DNA of 64,000 nucleotides, taken from the NCBI GenBank assembly GCA_963696385.1, contig CAVOKF010000003.1:224001-288000 (forward strand), written 5' to 3'. The notes under the pieces are model-generated. The model made no database searches. It was not told where the DNA came from and saw only the letters and a list, made by a program, of their open reading frames with translations. Both the position numbers and the translations under genes were made by a program. Position 1 is the first letter of the stretch. Each line of letters begins with the position of its first letter. Shown here piece by piece: positions 9,618 to 19,020 of the stretch. Source of the DNA: an uncultured delta proteobacterium. Its GTDB lineage: Bacteria > Myxococcota_A > Polyangia > Polyangiales > Polyangiaceae.

Positions 9618-11231
9618 ATGGCCATGCCGAACGCGCGCGCTCTCCACGGCGCGCACTCCACGCTTTCCGCCGCCGCGCCGATGACTCTCCGATCGCTGCT
9701 CGACGCCCGCCGCGCCGAAGGTCGGCGCCTGTCCATCGAGGAGGCCGTCGCGGTCATCGTTCCTGTTTGCCTCGACCTGCAGCGTCGGCATACGCAGGGG
9801 GAACGATTTCTCGTTCACCCGTCAGCCATTGCACCCGGCGCGGACGGAGTCGCGCGAATCGAACTGGGCCTCGCCGGCCCGCCTACGCACCCGTTCGATC
9901 GGTGTTGTCTCGCACCGGAGGTCCTGCGCGCCTCCGAGCCCGGCGACGCTTGCGCCAGCGTGTTCTCCATGGGAGCCATCCTCTATGAGATGCTCACCGG
10001 CCAGAGCGTCGGACCCGGAATGGCACGCCCTCGTTCGGTCGATCCGACACTGCCCGAAGCGTTGGAGGTGCTCATCGGAGCCGCGGTCGCCGCTGACCGT
10101 GCAGACCGCCCCGCCGACCTCGGCGCGCTGGCCAGCGTGATGTACCAGCTCGCGGCGCCCAACCCCCCGTCGCATCCCGTTGCGGAAGCCGCTCGGATGG
10201 ATCCGGCCTACGAAGCGGGCATCGACGTCCGCTTCTCGGCCGTGCCGCAGCCGCAGGCTTTTCCACCATCGACCGAAGGAAGCGGCGTCAACGCCGTACC
10301 CGATGCGCCCCGGTTGCCTCGCATGGGCGGCAACGACCCATTCGGTGGGCCCGTCGTCGATCGTTCGCAAGCGGCCTCACCCGCATCTGCGAATCGAAGA
10401 TCCGCAGACGACGCCACGTCGCGGCTCGCTGCCTTGAAGACTCAACTGGAGAGCGATCCCCGTCCCCGCTACGTCGTCAAACGCGACAAGATGGACCATG
10501 GTCCGTTCAGTGCCGTCGAGCTCTTGCAGCAGATTGCTTCTCATGCGTTCAGCGACGCCGACGGTCTGCGTGACGAGATCAGCGGTCAAAACTTCCCGAT
10601 CGGCGAATGGGAGGAGTTCGCGCCATTTGCGGAGCAAGCCGGCTTGCTTCGAGAGAAGCGGGCCCAACAAAAGGCCGTCGTTCGAGCCGTGGACGCCGAC
10701 AAGAAGCGCGGCCTTGCGAAGACCATCGTGGCCGTCAGCTGCGTCCTCGCCCTCGCCGGTGTGTTGGCGGTGTGGTTTTTTACACGACGCGGAACGCGAA
10801 ATGAGGACGTGATCGTTTCGAAGGATCGGCCCGGCACGATCGAAGTCAACGGCGACATCAAGGGACGCAAGCGGCCCGGCGGTGGCGGGCGTACCGCCGG
10901 GGGGGGTGGCTTTTCGGGAGGGATGAGCTACGAAGCCGTGCTCAACAGCAACAACGAGTCGCTCTCGATGGGCGGCGAATCCACGGGCCCCGACCTTACG
11001 AATGCCCAATTGGCGGCACCTCTGCGCCACGCCGCGTTCGTGGTCTCCTGTGGGGCTCCAGACGACATGAAAGTTCAGGTTCGAGTGGCCGTTCGGATGG
11101 GCGCTCCGGTCGGCGTGACCGTCACCACGTCACCTTCGAACGGCAGCATCGCGGCGTGCATCGACCGCGCGGTCCGCGGTATTCGCTGGCCCGCGAATCC
11201 GAGGACCGACTTCGTCACGACGAATTACTGA
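9618..11231 (+). CDS. Pseudokinase C-lobe + GYF_2-like + TM + TonB_C/AgmX-like C-terminal domain protein
   Basis: LAPEVL...VFSMGAILYEMLTG without HRD/DFG. RYVVKRDKMDHGPFSAVELLQQI resembles GYF_2. One TM helix, then a C-terminal domain with a Cys pair. GGAGGG SD precedes ATG 9618. Confidence 0.75.
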   Translation: MAMPNARALHGAHSTLSAAAPMTLRSLLDARRAEGRRLSIEEAVAVIVPVCLDLQRRHTQGERFLVHPSAIAPGADGVARIELGLAGPPTHPFDRCCLAPEVLRASEPGDACASVFSMGAILYEMLTGQSVGPGMARPRSVDPTLPEALEVLIGAAVAADRADRPADLGALASVMYQLAAPNPPSHPVAEAARMDPAYEAGIDVRFSAVPQPQAFPPSTEGSGVNAVPDAPRLPRMGGNDPFGGPVVDRSQAASPASANRRSADDATSRLAALKTQLESDPRPRYVVKRDKMDHGPFSAVELLQQIASHAFSDADGLRDEISGQNFPIGEWEEFAPFAEQAGLLREKRAQQKAVVRAVDADKKRGLAKTIVAVSCVLALAGVLAVWFFTRRGTRNEDVIVSKDRPGTIEVNGDIKGRKRPGGGGRTAGGGGFSGGMSYEAVLNSNNESLSMGGESTGPDLTNAQLAAPLRHAAFVVSCGAPDDMKVQVRVAVRMGAPVGVTVTTSPSNGSIAACIDRAVRGIRWPANPRTDFVTTNY

Positions 11232-11250
11232 CACGCGGCAGGACAACGCG

Positions 11251-11724
11251 TCAATGCTGCTGGGGCGGTGCGGGTACGCACAATCCCAGGACGCAAGCAT
11301 TCGGCGAAATGCAATCGACGTTCGTCTGGCACGGAAATGCGCATTTGCCGTATTGCACGTTGCAATGGTGCGTACCGCACGAAACGTCGTTCTGACACTG
11401 GAAAGCGACCGGACCGGGCACCGCCATCTGACCCGATGCGCCGGGAGCAGGGACAGGAGCAGAGACGGGTGGAACCGCCGGGACGGCCGGCTGCGGGGGC
11501 GGCGGCGCCGCGGCAGGAACCTGCTGGGCGTACGTCGGGGCCGGTGCGGGCTGTGGGTACTGCCCGTAGGTGGCCGGCGGGGCCGGATATCCCTGGTACG
11601 CGCCGTACGGGGCGGCGGCGGCAGCCGCCGCGGGCTGTTGCGTATCGTCCTGCCTTCTGCAGGCGCCCAGGGTGGCCAGGAGCGCCAAAAAGCTCAATGT
11701 GCCGCAGGTCAAGCCTATTCGCAT
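11251..11724 (-). CDS. Pro/Ala/Tyr/Gln-rich lipoprotein with Cys-rich C-terminus
   Basis: Lipobox LGAC, low-complexity linker, and two CxxDxxC-like units (8 Cys in total). Confidence 0.8.
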   Translation of the reverse strand: MRIGLTCGTLSFLALLATLGACRRQDDTQQPAAAAAAAPYGAYQGYPAPPATYGQYPQPAPAPTYAQQVPAAAPPPPQPAVPAVPPVSAPVPAPGASGQMAVPGPVAFQCQNDVSCGTHHCNVQYGKCAFPCQTNVDCISPNACVLGLCVPAPPQQH

Positions 11725-11801
11725 GCGCGTTCGATAACGTCCGCATCGTCGAACGTCAACGTTACTGGCAAGCGCCGCGCTCGGCTTGCTATGGCGCCCG
11801 A

Positions 11802-12473
11802 ATGCGCCCCGCTCTCAGGCTCGCCGTCGTCGGCGCCCTCTCGGCATGTTCTCTCGGCGAGCCGCCTACGCCGGACGCATCGCCTTCGATCGCCGTCCCC
11901 GATCTGCCGGCCCCTCGGGCCGCGCCGGATCCCGAGGCGTCCACGCCGCCGAATCCCGTTGCGCCCGACAACGCTCGGACGCCCCCGTCCCCCTGGTCCG
12001 CCGCGACGACCGATCCCGGACAGCTGCCCCAAACGCGCGCCTTGCCGCAAGCGTCGGGTCGAGCTTTCGACGCGAGAGCCCGTGCCCTGTGGGACGCGAT
12101 CGTTCGAGACGACCCCAGCATCGGGATGCCCTTTTTCTTCCCCCTCGCGGCGTACATCCAGGTCAAGGATGTCCGCAATCCCGCTGCCGATTGGAGGCAG
12201 CGCCTCGTGGCCGCGTACCGGCGGGACATTCATGCGCTGCACCTTCGTCTCGGCGACGACGCCGGCCGCGCCCAGTGGGTCGCCCTCGACGTGCCGGAAT
12301 CCCGGGCTCGCTGGGTCGAGCCCGGTGAGGAATGGAATAAGATTGGCTATTATCGCGTGTTCGGATCCACACTTCGATATACGATCGACGGGATCGAGCG
12401 AACGTACGTTGTCCAATCGCTTATCTCCTGGCGCGGCGAATGGTACGTGGTGCATCTCAGCAGCATGCGGTGA
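11802..12473 (+). CDS. Hypothetical lipoprotein
   Basis: MRPALRLAVVGALSAC lipobox, Pro-rich linker, aromatic-rich globular domain (PFFFPLAAYIQVK...SLISWRGEWYVVHL). Confidence 0.75.
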   Translation: MRPALRLAVVGALSACSLGEPPTPDASPSIAVPDLPAPRAAPDPEASTPPNPVAPDNARTPPSPWSAATTDPGQLPQTRALPQASGRAFDARARALWDAIVRDDPSIGMPFFFPLAAYIQVKDVRNPAADWRQRLVAAYRRDIHALHLRLGDDAGRAQWVALDVPESRARWVEPGEEWNKIGYYRVFGSTLRYTIDGIERTYVVQSLISWRGEWYVVHLSSMR

Positions 12474-12625
12474 CGTCAACGCGATCGCGCTCGTGTCTCG
12501 AGCGTAAACGGAGCGTTTCGGGACAATTGACGGAGCGCCGTCCGCGCCCGATCGGGTGACGATTTTCGGCTCCTGGCGTTTCAATGCCGTGATCGCGCGG
12601 GGAGTGGCGCGCTAGGCTCCTAGTC

Positions 12626-13384
12626 GTGTTGTTCTCTGAATCGCAAAACGCATTCGCACTCAAGGACTTGATTCTCCAAATGCTGAAAGCGCCCGGCTCG
12701 GCCGCGCTGTTCGAGCTCGTGACGCGGCGCCTTGTCGAGAGTGGCGACGACGTTGCGGTCGCCGCGGTCTGGCTGATCGGACCCGGCGACACGTGCGCCG
12801 TCGACGGCGTCGGCTGCGACTCCCCGGATCAGTGCCTTCACCTGAGAGCGATCGCGGTGCGATCCTCGGCCGGGACGGCAACCGATACCGACCCGCGGCT
12901 GGAGGGTGCGTTACGCAGGATCCCCATCGGCGCTCTCGATTCCGAGCTCTGCGGAGCGGACCCCGAATGGATCCGCCATGAAGCGATCCAGGGGTTCATC
13001 GCCGAACGTCTCGCCCATCGCGAGCGCGTACTGGGCGCGTTGGGGGTATTCTTGCGTAAGCCGGTGACGCCCGCACGCCGCGAGATGCTCCAGATCCTCG
13101 CCGGCCACCTGTCCATGGGCACGGCGACCGAACGCGCCTTCGACGAAATTCGGCGACTGGAGCAAGAGCTCGACAGCTACCGACGCATGCCTAGGCCGAG
13201 CCACGGGGCGCCGGTCGTGTCGGAAGCCGATCTTCGACGATTCGAGCGCGAAAATCTCGCGGCGGCCCTCGAGGCCACTCATGGTCGCGTCTACGGACGC
13301 GGCGGCGCGGCCGAGTTGCTCGGCCTCAAGCCTACCACCTTGGCCTCGCGCTTGAAAAAGCTCGGACTTTCGCCACGACCATAA
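12626..13384 (+). CDS. GAF domain + Fis-type HTH regulator (FhlA/HyfR-like, no AAA+ domain)
   Basis: GAF-like N-terminus with Cys cluster. C-terminal FERENLAAALEATHGRVYGRGGAAELLGLKPTTLASRLKKLGL is a typical FhlA-type HTH. No Walker A or GAFTGA motif. Confidence 0.85.
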   Translation: MLFSESQNAFALKDLILQMLKAPGSAALFELVTRRLVESGDDVAVAAVWLIGPGDTCAVDGVGCDSPDQCLHLRAIAVRSSAGTATDTDPRLEGALRRIPIGALDSELCGADPEWIRHEAIQGFIAERLAHRERVLGALGVFLRKPVTPARREMLQILAGHLSMGTATERAFDEIRRLEQELDSYRRMPRPSHGAPVVSEADLRRFERENLAAALEATHGRVYGRGGAAELLGLKPTTLASRLKKLGLSPRP

Positions 13385-13388
13385 CCGC

Positions 13389-13423
13389 CGCGCCCCTTCG
13401 CGGTTCCGAAGCGGGGCGCTTTC
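13389..13423 (+). terminator. Possible hairpin terminator between convergent genes
   Basis: GCGCCCCTTCG...CGAAGCGGGGCGC-TTTC just after the stop at 13384. The T-tract is short. Confidence 0.3.
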
Positions 13424-13524
13424 GCCGATGGCTCAGGCCCCGCCCGACCCCACGCGTGCCTTCTGCGCTCGCGCTCCTCGGCCGCAGACGCTGCCCGCCC
13501 GCCCACCGCGGCAGCGGCTGAGAT

Positions 13525-13743
13525 TCATGCCCCGGCCGCCACCGCCAGCCAGAGCAATCCAAGGACGGCGACGGCCAATGCCCCCGATACGACGAGATTC
13601 GAGACGAAGTACGGGTAGACGCACAGGGCGACACCGCCGAGCATGTGCGGCAGTCGCGCTTGCTTCTTGCCGTAGACGAACAGGACGAAGCCTATCGACC
13701 CCTCGAGCAGCGAGAGCAAAATCGCGTTCGGATCGACTCCCAC
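13525..13743 (-). CDS. Small membrane protein (72 aa)
   Basis: Hydrophobic ORF with IGFVLFVYGKKQ...LCVYPYFV pattern, downstream of the OMP gene. Confidence 0.7.
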   Translation of the reverse strand: MGVDPNAILLSLLEGSIGFVLFVYGKKQARLPHMLGGVALCVYPYFVSNLVVSGALAVAVLGLLWLAVAAGA

Positions 13744-13807
13744 GCCGATCAGTATGCGCTACTCGACGACCTCACGCGAGGTTACGGCGGTGGACCTCGA
13801 ACATGCG

Positions 13808-15139
13808 TCAGAAGAGGTACTCGAGCCGGACGCGCCCGCTCACCATGATGTTGGCGAACGTCGGGTTCATCATGTTTGGATTGAAATCGGCGAGCGCGTA
13901 CCCGAATACCCCTTTGATATAAATTCGCTTCCAAAGCAAGTACTGAGCGGCACCAAACAACTGCCACTGGTCGAAGTCTTCGTCGCGGGGTGGGTTGAGC
14001 GTCGGGTCCCACTGCCGGTCGCGCAGGTAAGTGTAGTTGATGCCGCCACCCACCAGTACGTTTTCGACGATTCGCGCATTGGCAAATGCGCCCACGCTGT
14101 AGGTCCAGAAGCTGGCCTGGGGGTTCTGGTGTCCCTGCGGGTCGGTCTCGTTTTGAAAGCCCTTCGCACCGTTGAATCCGAACTCGAACCAGGGGGCGAC
14201 GATGAACTGAAGGGCGGCGCCCGCGCCGCGCTGATTCTCATCGTTCAAGGAGCCCTCGACCTGCGGCTTGTAGTCCAAGTATTCCGCGCCCACCTTGAAC
14301 TTCATCCATCCGAGATCGACGATTCCGACCGGGCGCAGGGCATATCCATTTTGCCCCGTTTCGTTGCCGAAGCGCGTGCCCAGCTCGAAGCGAAGCCAGG
14401 AGGTCGGATAAAGGTGAACGGCCCCCGCGCCGATGCTGTTCGGATAATAGAACGCGTACGTCACTCCGTACACCGATGGAACGGTGAAGTTCTGGTCCGT
14501 GGCTCCGTTCCGCTCGAGCGTGTAAAGGTCGAGCCCCATTCCGAAATGATAAATTTCCCACCCCATGAACCGACCCACTTGAATGTCGAATGCCTTCCAT
14601 ATGCCCAATTTGATCCACAAATCGTCGACATCGGATTGCGGAGGAGACGACGAAGGGGACTCCGACTGGTTCTCGTTGGCCACGAATTGCCCTTGCGCCT
14701 GCGCAAACCAGTACCCATCGCTCCACGTGGGCGTCACTCCAAGGACCAGCCGCCCCTGTTGCACCAAATATTTGATGCTTTGCTCGGTCGGATTGCCGCG
14801 TGCGATATGCTCGTACCCCGTGTCGAGCCAAACGTCTCCGGAGATGCCGATGCCCGTCTTTGGGTAGTACGGCCACTGCTGCCCGTGAAATGTCCTCCAC
14901 AGCGAGCCACCGTAAATGCCGCGAATGGGGGTCGACGGATAGGCCGATGGGGGCAAGCGCTCGATGAAACCGAGCCATGGAGAACCGAGCAAGGGCACGC
15001 CCGTACTCGGTGCCGGGGGTGGAGTCGCGCTGACCGCCGGGTCGCCTTGGGGCGTATCGTCGGCAAACGCAGAGGTCGACGCAACGAGCGACGCAAAGAC
15101 AATCGCGCGAGGCACAAGTTTTCGCACACCAACGATCAT
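13808..15139 (-). CDS. Probable outer-membrane beta-barrel protein (porin-like)
   Basis: Signal peptide ending SAFA, aromatic-rich alternating beta-strand pattern, C-terminal Phe (RLEYLF). Confidence 0.75.
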   Translation of the reverse strand: MIVGVRKLVPRAIVFASLVASTSAFADDTPQGDPAVSATPPPAPSTGVPLLGSPWLGFIERLPPSAYPSTPIRGIYGGSLWRTFHGQQWPYYPKTGIGISGDVWLDTGYEHIARGNPTEQSIKYLVQQGRLVLGVTPTWSDGYWFAQAQGQFVANENQSESPSSSPPQSDVDDLWIKLGIWKAFDIQVGRFMGWEIYHFGMGLDLYTLERNGATDQNFTVPSVYGVTYAFYYPNSIGAGAVHLYPTSWLRFELGTRFGNETGQNGYALRPVGIVDLGWMKFKVGAEYLDYKPQVEGSLNDENQRGAGAALQFIVAPWFEFGFNGAKGFQNETDPQGHQNPQASFWTYSVGAFANARIVENVLVGGGINYTYLRDRQWDPTLNPPRDEDFDQWQLFGAAQYLLWKRIYIKGVFGYALADFNPNMMNPTFANIMVSGRVRLEYLF

Positions 15140-15160
15140 GATTGGCTTCCGGGCGAAACT

Positions 15161-15228
15161 AGGTTCGAAGCAGCGGGATTCGGTTCGAAGCGGCGGGATT
15201 AGGTTCGAAGCGGGATTCGGTTCGAAGC
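15161..15228. repeat. Tandem ~20-bp repeat (3.5 units) of GGTTCGAAGC(NGC)GGGATT
   Basis: Units at 15161, 15181, 15201 (17 bp) and 15218 (partial), between the GH3 stop and the OMP start. Confidence 0.9.
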
Positions 15229-15238
15229 CACGGACCCA

Positions 15239-17929
15239 TCAGTTGGTCACGGTCATCGTGCCCGTGAGCGGCAATTGAGTCGACCGGCCGCCCACCATGA
15301 TATTGACGGTTCCGCTTTCCCATTGCCAACTGTGGCTGGTCGCGTTCCAGTATTTGAGGTCTTCGACGCGAAGCGGGATGGTAATCCGAACCGTTTGTCC
15401 AGCCGGGATCGTAGCTCTGTGAAAGCCTTTCAGCTCTTTTAGGGGGCGGCGCTGCGTCGTATTCGGATACGAGACGAACAGAAACGACACTTCGTCGCCA
15501 GAGACCATTCCGGTATTCGTCACGTCCGCCTGGACGTTGACGACGCTTCCCGTGGTGGCCGAGCTGCACGGGATCTGAAGATTGGCGTACGAGAAAGTCG
15601 TATAGCTAAGGCCGTATCCGAACGGAAAAGCGGGACTCGTTGTGCTCCCCGCGTCGGCGGCACTCGCCCCGCTGCCGTCGATGTAGCCATATCCGGAATG
15701 GTAGTGGTCGAAGTACTTGTATCCGACGTAGTAGTCCATCGTGGTCTGGCCGCCGACGGCTCCCGTGAACTGAGGCTCATCGTTCCAAGAGCTCGGCCAG
15801 GTGACGGGTAGCTTTCCGCTAAAATTAGCGGTTCCGAACAGCAGATCGGCGAGCGCATGACCGCCGTCTTGGCCCGGGTACCAAGCCATCACGACGGCAG
15901 GCACGCTCGAAAACCACGGCATGGCGATGACGCTACCGCCTTCCAGCACGACCACCATCGGCTTGTTCAACGCGGCCACGGCCGTGATCAACGGGGTCTG
16001 GTACTGAGTCGTGCTCTTGCCGTCGAGATTGAAGTTCAGACAATCGCCGCCGCTTCCATCGCTGCTCGTGTACTCCTCGCCTTCGTCCTCCGGAGTCATC
16101 CCCGCAACGACGACATAGAAGTCCGCCGTCGGAATGTTGGTCGCGCTCGAACCGCTCGTCACGGTCACGCCGGCCGGCGCGGCCGCCTTAATTCCCGCGT
16201 AGGGGCCCGTGCTCGTACTCGGGTCGCAGTACGTTCGACTGCTGCCGAGGTCGCCGGTGCGCACGTCGGTCGCGAAATCCACGGTACCGCTCTGAACGTC
16301 CGCGGAAGACGAGAGCGCATACGGGACGTTGGCACCGAGAACGGCGATGGTCTTGACGGAGCTCGAAATGGGCAGCGTGTTGTTGCTGTTCTTGAGGAGC
16401 ACCATCGACTCGATCGCGGCTTGATACGAAAGCTGAATGTGCGCGGTGTTGTTCCCGATGGAGTACGTGCCCGTATTGAACGTGGTCGTCGCAGCCTTAA
16501 GACCTTTCTGGTTGGGGGCTAACGTGTTGAACCGGGCCTGCTGCGTGGCGATGCGGGTGGCGCCGGTCAGGATCTGGGCCGCGGTCGCCACCGATTCGAG
16601 CTGCGAGTAGTTCATGTTCCATGGCATTTCGAGGTCGAGTCCGGCGCCGACCGCGGCGGTCGTATACGTCTTTTCGGTGTCGGAGGAAGGGCACGTCTGC
16701 CCTCCGGGCATGGCCCACCAGTCGGAGACCACGAACCCTTTGAATCCGAACGTCGTGCGGAGCATCGTCGTGAGGAGGTCGGGTTGCGACGTGCAATGGG
16801 CGGTTGTACCGTCCGCGAAGCTGCTGGGCGTGGCGCCGGCGGGCGGCGTAAATTGAACCTCGTTGTAGGCGGCCATGACGCACGCGACGCCGCCGTCCTG
16901 GATGACCATTTCGAAGTGCCGACCGTACGACTCGTACGCGGTTTGTTCGTCCAAGCTCGAGACGTTGCCGCTCTCGCGATCTCGTTCGATGTTGTAAGCC
17001 ATGAAGTGCTTGGCACACGCCGGAACGTACTGCTGCGCACCCGAGACAAACGCCGTTCCAAGCCGGCCGAGCGCGAACGAGTCCTCGCCGTACGTCTCCT
17101 GCGAACGCCCCCAGGCCGGATGGCGCAATATGTTGATGACCGGAGCGAGGACGAGGGTCGTCCCCGCGGCGACGATCTCGTCCCCAATCGCTTCCCCGAT
17201 GGACTGTTCGAGATCCATGTCGAATGCGGCTCCGCGCGCGGATGCCGACGGGAACGTCGTCGAGTAATCTCCCGTCGGAAATGAGTTCGCTGCGGGGTGC
17301 ACGGTCGAGTACGGAACGAGGCATACTCCGCGCGGTCCGTCCCGGAACTTGATTTCGCGAATCGTCCCTTCGCTCCCCATCGGATTGCCCGAAGCGCCTC
17401 CGCTCTCGAAGTCGTCGTTGTAGTTCAACGTTCCGCCGCATCCGGAAGGAGTTCCCCGCATGATGTTGGCTTGTTGGGTCGTTTGGAGCTGACTCACGTC
17501 GCCCTGTGCCGTCGAGGTCTGAGTCGCGGTGACCGAATAGCCGGGCGACCAAGGGTCGGTCGTGCTGGAATTGGTACACGCCATCTGCCCGGAGTCGGGA
17601 ATCGACGCATCGGGGTTTACGACCGTGTCCGGCTGGACAACCCCACTGCCGGCGTCGTCGCTTCCCCCGTTCGAGGAGCCGGCGCCGGAGCTGTTGCTTG
17701 CGGGGTTGCCACCCGATCCGTTGCTCGAGCTATTCCCGCTGGCGGTGCCGGCGCTGCTGGAGCTCGTGCTGGCGCTCACGTTGCCGCCGCTCGGTGCCGA
17801 CCCATCCGTGTCCGCCTGCGAACTCTCGAGACGGGTGCACGAACTCGACGCGACCACGGTCGCGCCGAGGGGCAAGAAAAGAGCCCAACCAATTTGAGGA
17901 AGACACTTCGACATCGTGTTCCACTTCAT
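15239..17929 (-). CDS. Glycoside hydrolase family 3 beta-glucosidase (BglX-like), probable lipoprotein
   Basis: DGPRG, WGRSQETYGED, CAKHF, VVSDW (nucleophile Asp), MVLLKN, AWYPGQ, FPFGYGLSYT, KELKGF (Fn3-like). GGAGG SD before ATG 17929. Confidence 0.95.
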   Translation of the reverse strand: MKWNTMSKCLPQIGWALFLPLGATVVASSSCTRLESSQADTDGSAPSGGNVSASTSSSSAGTASGNSSSNGSGGNPASNSSGAGSSNGGSDDAGSGVVQPDTVVNPDASIPDSGQMACTNSSTTDPWSPGYSVTATQTSTAQGDVSQLQTTQQANIMRGTPSGCGGTLNYNDDFESGGASGNPMGSEGTIREIKFRDGPRGVCLVPYSTVHPAANSFPTGDYSTTFPSASARGAAFDMDLEQSIGEAIGDEIVAAGTTLVLAPVINILRHPAWGRSQETYGEDSFALGRLGTAFVSGAQQYVPACAKHFMAYNIERDRESGNVSSLDEQTAYESYGRHFEMVIQDGGVACVMAAYNEVQFTPPAGATPSSFADGTTAHCTSQPDLLTTMLRTTFGFKGFVVSDWWAMPGGQTCPSSDTEKTYTTAAVGAGLDLEMPWNMNYSQLESVATAAQILTGATRIATQQARFNTLAPNQKGLKAATTTFNTGTYSIGNNTAHIQLSYQAAIESMVLLKNSNNTLPISSSVKTIAVLGANVPYALSSSADVQSGTVDFATDVRTGDLGSSRTYCDPSTSTGPYAGIKAAAPAGVTVTSGSSATNIPTADFYVVVAGMTPEDEGEEYTSSDGSGGDCLNFNLDGKSTTQYQTPLITAVAALNKPMVVVLEGGSVIAMPWFSSVPAVVMAWYPGQDGGHALADLLFGTANFSGKLPVTWPSSWNDEPQFTGAVGGQTTMDYYVGYKYFDHYHSGYGYIDGSGASAADAGSTTSPAFPFGYGLSYTTFSYANLQIPCSSATTGSVVNVQADVTNTGMVSGDEVSFLFVSYPNTTQRRPLKELKGFHRATIPAGQTVRITIPLRVEDLKYWNATSHSWQWESGTVNIMVGGRSTQLPLTGTMTVTN

Positions 17930-18337
17930 CGCGCAACCGCCTCCCTGCCACTTCGCGAGCCTGCTATCCGGCCGCCCGAAACGCCGGTACATATAGCTCG
18001 AACTCGCCGAGGATGTCGCCCGCTACGCGGAGTCCCTGGCCACGCCGCCGTGGGCAGGTTCGAACATGGGCCGTGGGCGCCCTGCAAGGACCGCTCGGCC
18101 CCAGTCGAGGGACGTCTTCCGTCGGCCAACGGCTGTCTCCGAAATTCGGTGTAACTAAAAATGGAGCGCCCCACTCGAACGAATCGGGCGCGCGGGCCCG
18201 AGTCTCGTCCGAGCGCCGCCAGGTTCGCAACGCGGCGACACGGCCCGCAGAACCCTCGGCGATCGAGCCATCCCGCCGGCGTCCAGGGCCCGGAGGCCCC
18301 AGTGGAATCCTCCCGCGGCAGCGCATAAGTTGCGTTC

Positions 18338-18739
18338 ATGATGATCATTTCGCATTTGGCGGTGCTCGCGCTGACGATCCTGCTCCTCTCGCGATTTCTC
18401 CCCAGTGTGAGGATCCGGGGCGCGGGCGCAGCGGTCCTGGTGGCGGTCGTCTTCAGCCTTTTGAATTTCTTCCTTGGATGGCTCATCCGCGCCGCCCTCT
18501 TCGTTCCAGGCGTGCTCACGCTCGGGCTCCTTTTCCTCTTTGTCCCGTTCATCGTCAACACGGTCCTCCTGTGGCTGACCGACAAGTTGCTGGCAAGCTT
18601 CGAGATCCAGAGCGTGCGGGGGCTCTTGATCTGCTCCGCGGTCATCACCGTCGTCAACGGACTATTCTATGCTCCGTTTCTGCAAGCCGTCGCGTACCGC
18701 CACTCTTTCGGACGGCATGAGGAGTTCCCTTGGTCCTAG
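18338..18739 (+). CDS. 4-TM phage-holin-family (YvlD-like) membrane protein
   Basis: LPSVRIRG...AVVFSLLN...VLTLGL..FIVNTVLLWLTDKLL pattern. No adjacent phage genes. Confidence 0.8.
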   Translation: MMIISHLAVLALTILLLSRFLPSVRIRGAGAAVLVAVVFSLLNFFLGWLIRAALFVPGVLTLGLLFLFVPFIVNTVLLWLTDKLLASFEIQSVRGLLICSAVITVVNGLFYAPFLQAVAYRHSFGRHEEFPWS

Positions 18740-19020
18740 CTCCTGGCAGGGACTGGCACTCCGATTCCAATTCGCCCTGAATGCGACCTCGCCACGGTGC
18801 GCGCTCGTGGCCATTGCCTACGTCGAACCCCGGAAGCGGGCCGGTCGAGCTTCTCGCACAGCGTCCGTCGTATCCGGGCCTCCTGTCATCGGCGCGGCCG
18901 CAATGGTGTTCGACGCACGACGCGGTGACACGGCTCTCGCGGTGGGATGTCATGTCGCGATCTCACGCGGCGGTGCGGCGGATCCGGGACGTCGAGGCCG
19001 CATGGGGGGCAGGAATACGG

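Noticed and set aside
15161..15228. Possible CRISPR array
   Set aside because: Repeats are contiguous with no unique spacers, and no cas genes are in the window.
18338..18739. Holin as evidence of a prophage next to the tRNA
   Set aside because: This 4-TM family is common on chromosomes. No endolysin, integrase or structural genes are nearby.
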